Part shown: positions 62,226 to 64,000 of the stretch, piece by piece
Numbering within the stretch: the stretch's first letter is position 1
Layout: every line of letters begins with the position of its first letter
DNA from: Octopus sinensis
Taxonomy: Eukaryota
Direction: 5' to 3'
Assembly: GCF_006345805.1 (NCBI RefSeq)
Contig: NC_042999.1
Location: 56,978,001-57,042,000 of the forward strand
Length of the DNA stretch: 64,000 nucleotides
Translations under genes and position numbers: made by a program
Notes under the pieces: model-generated
The model's database searches: none
Seen by the model: only the letters and a program-made list of their open reading frames with translations
Told to the model about the DNA's origin: nothing

Positions 62226-63169
62226 TCTTTATCTCATTTACCAACATCAGCCACATTGGGTTTCTAACCCCATCTCTCATTTTATCCACCTCTAAATTTA
62301 AATCAATCTTATTGTTTAAGTCAACAATTCTTACTTGAATAATGGGAAATTTTAATTTAAATCACTTTATATAGAAAGTTTGTATCATAGAAGCAGGGGT
62401 GGTCTTGGATGGGTGTTCAGTTTAATCCTACTACCTAATTTGGGGGTACCTGATGATAGAATTAAACTGGGCAATGGATTAAGAAACCTATAGTGTTACT
62501 GTATGCAGAACAGATCTCCAATCTGAGAATAACTTTTCTCCTGCCACCCACCCATCTTAGAGTCCTTACATAAACCCATGAATATTATTTTCCTTATCTT
62601 ACAAAGCCATGGAAATAAAAACCTCATCCCTATTAAATACAGTGTTAGCCGTGAGTTATAAACAATCACTTCTCTTTATACCTCTTTAAGACTCTCTCTC
62701 TCTCTCTCCCTCTCTCTCCTCATAAATCATTATTGTGGCTTTTGCTTATAACCTTTGCAACCTTTTACTTTTGCTTATAACCCTTTGCAAGCCTTGACCA
62801 AAGTAATGTTGTTTGTCTTTGACATGAATAAAACCTTTTAGCTTCGCATGAATATTTTCTGGCAAATTGTCTAGATAAAGCATTTACTGAGCCAACAAAA
62901 TCTCTCAGTCTGCTGGAAATATTAGTTAAATTTCCTCAAATAACACCCTACAATCTTAAAAACAATAGACCACATTAGATAGTGCGGTCCAAGATAATCT
63001 TAAAAGGACATGATGAATGAAGCTGAAATGCTTTTGATTTTTAATCTGTTCTCTCAAGATTTACCAGGAGATTAAAACAAGAGATCGTCCCTAAAAACAC
63101 ACTGGACTAACTTAGACCTCTTTTAATAATTAATACTATCCTATAGCCTATCTAACCTGAGAAAGTATC

Positions 63170-63990
63170 CAGAAAAACAGGAGAAATGCCAGAAATGTTA
63201 AGAGGAGATATGAATATCAACAACTTTAGATATGCAGGAGATACTGCCTCATTAACTTTCAACAGAGATGACCTACAGAACCTTACAACTATAGTACAGG
63301 ACAAAGGAATGCTTTGTGGGGTGGAAATAAATGTAAAGAAAAGTAAATCAGTGGTAATCAGTAAGAAACAAAGAAAGCTACTAAAAATACATATTACAAT
63401 TGAAAGAAAGCCAGATGAACAGAAACAACAAAGAACAATATATCTGGGATACTCGGAGAAAATGGGAAATGTGGAATAGATATCAAAAGAAAGATTGAGA
63501 TAGTTTGGAAATCATTTGGAAAAAAAATGTTCAACATACAAGCATCAAGAAATATTAATATTGAATACAGAAAAAACATTCTTAGAATGTTATGTATGAT
63601 CCATTCTATCACATGGAGCTGGAAATGGACATTAACAAAAGCATTAACTAATAGATTAGAAGCCTTTGAGACGTGGACTTATCGAAGAATATTGTGAATA
63701 TTATCATGGACAGAACATATAATGAATGATGATGTATCAAGAATGGTAAAAACTAAGAAAATCTTATGAGACACCATCAAAAAGAGAAAACTAAAATATT
63801 TTGGACATGTACTTTGAAAAAATAGTTTACACTGCTAATATAAGGAAAATGAAAATGTAAAGAGGAACACCAAGAATTATGTTAAAAAAAATACAGAACA
63901 GACTTAGAATACAGTAGATGGATAATGACAGCACAAGAAAGACCAAGATTGCAATCCATGGTATTCAACCAGCTGTGAGTGGCAGATAGC
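63170..63990 (+). pseudogene. Decayed RT C-terminal half of a different RTE-like LINE
   Basis: INNFRYAGDTA (YADD decayed), GVEINVKKSK, then with stops and frameshifts RLEAFETWTYRRIL...SWTEHIMNDDV...TIKKRKLKYFGHV. Confidence 0.85.
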
Positions 63991-64000
63991 TAATGAAAAT

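Overview
AT-rich eukaryotic genomic DNA that is mostly repeats, with no prokaryotic features. From recall, the repeat families resemble those of Octopus; the taxon is an inference, not a database match. The window is dominated by tRNA-headed SINEs (families labelled A, B and D here, plus a retroposon 3' end labelled C), microsatellites and RTE-clade LINE fragments, including two ~1.5 kb RT-coding copies. It also holds Penelope-like (GIY-YIG) remnants, several small MITEs and about nine minimal hammerhead-ribozyme-like motifs. Almost all ORFs in the supplied track are microsatellite, SINE or antisense-LINE artefacts. Manual reading finds a phase-consistent chain of seven short + strand exons (3350-53115) encoding ~128 aa with possible divergent RhoGAP-like character; the gene is not identified. 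Other notable points: a cryptic dispersed family with a covarying hairpin, a 250-bp near-perfect palindrome, a 76-bp inverted duplication at an RTE 5' junction, and a CCAAT+CRE tandem promoter-like array behind a Penelope endonuclease ORF. Repeat boundaries are approximate unless a TSD or TIR is quoted.
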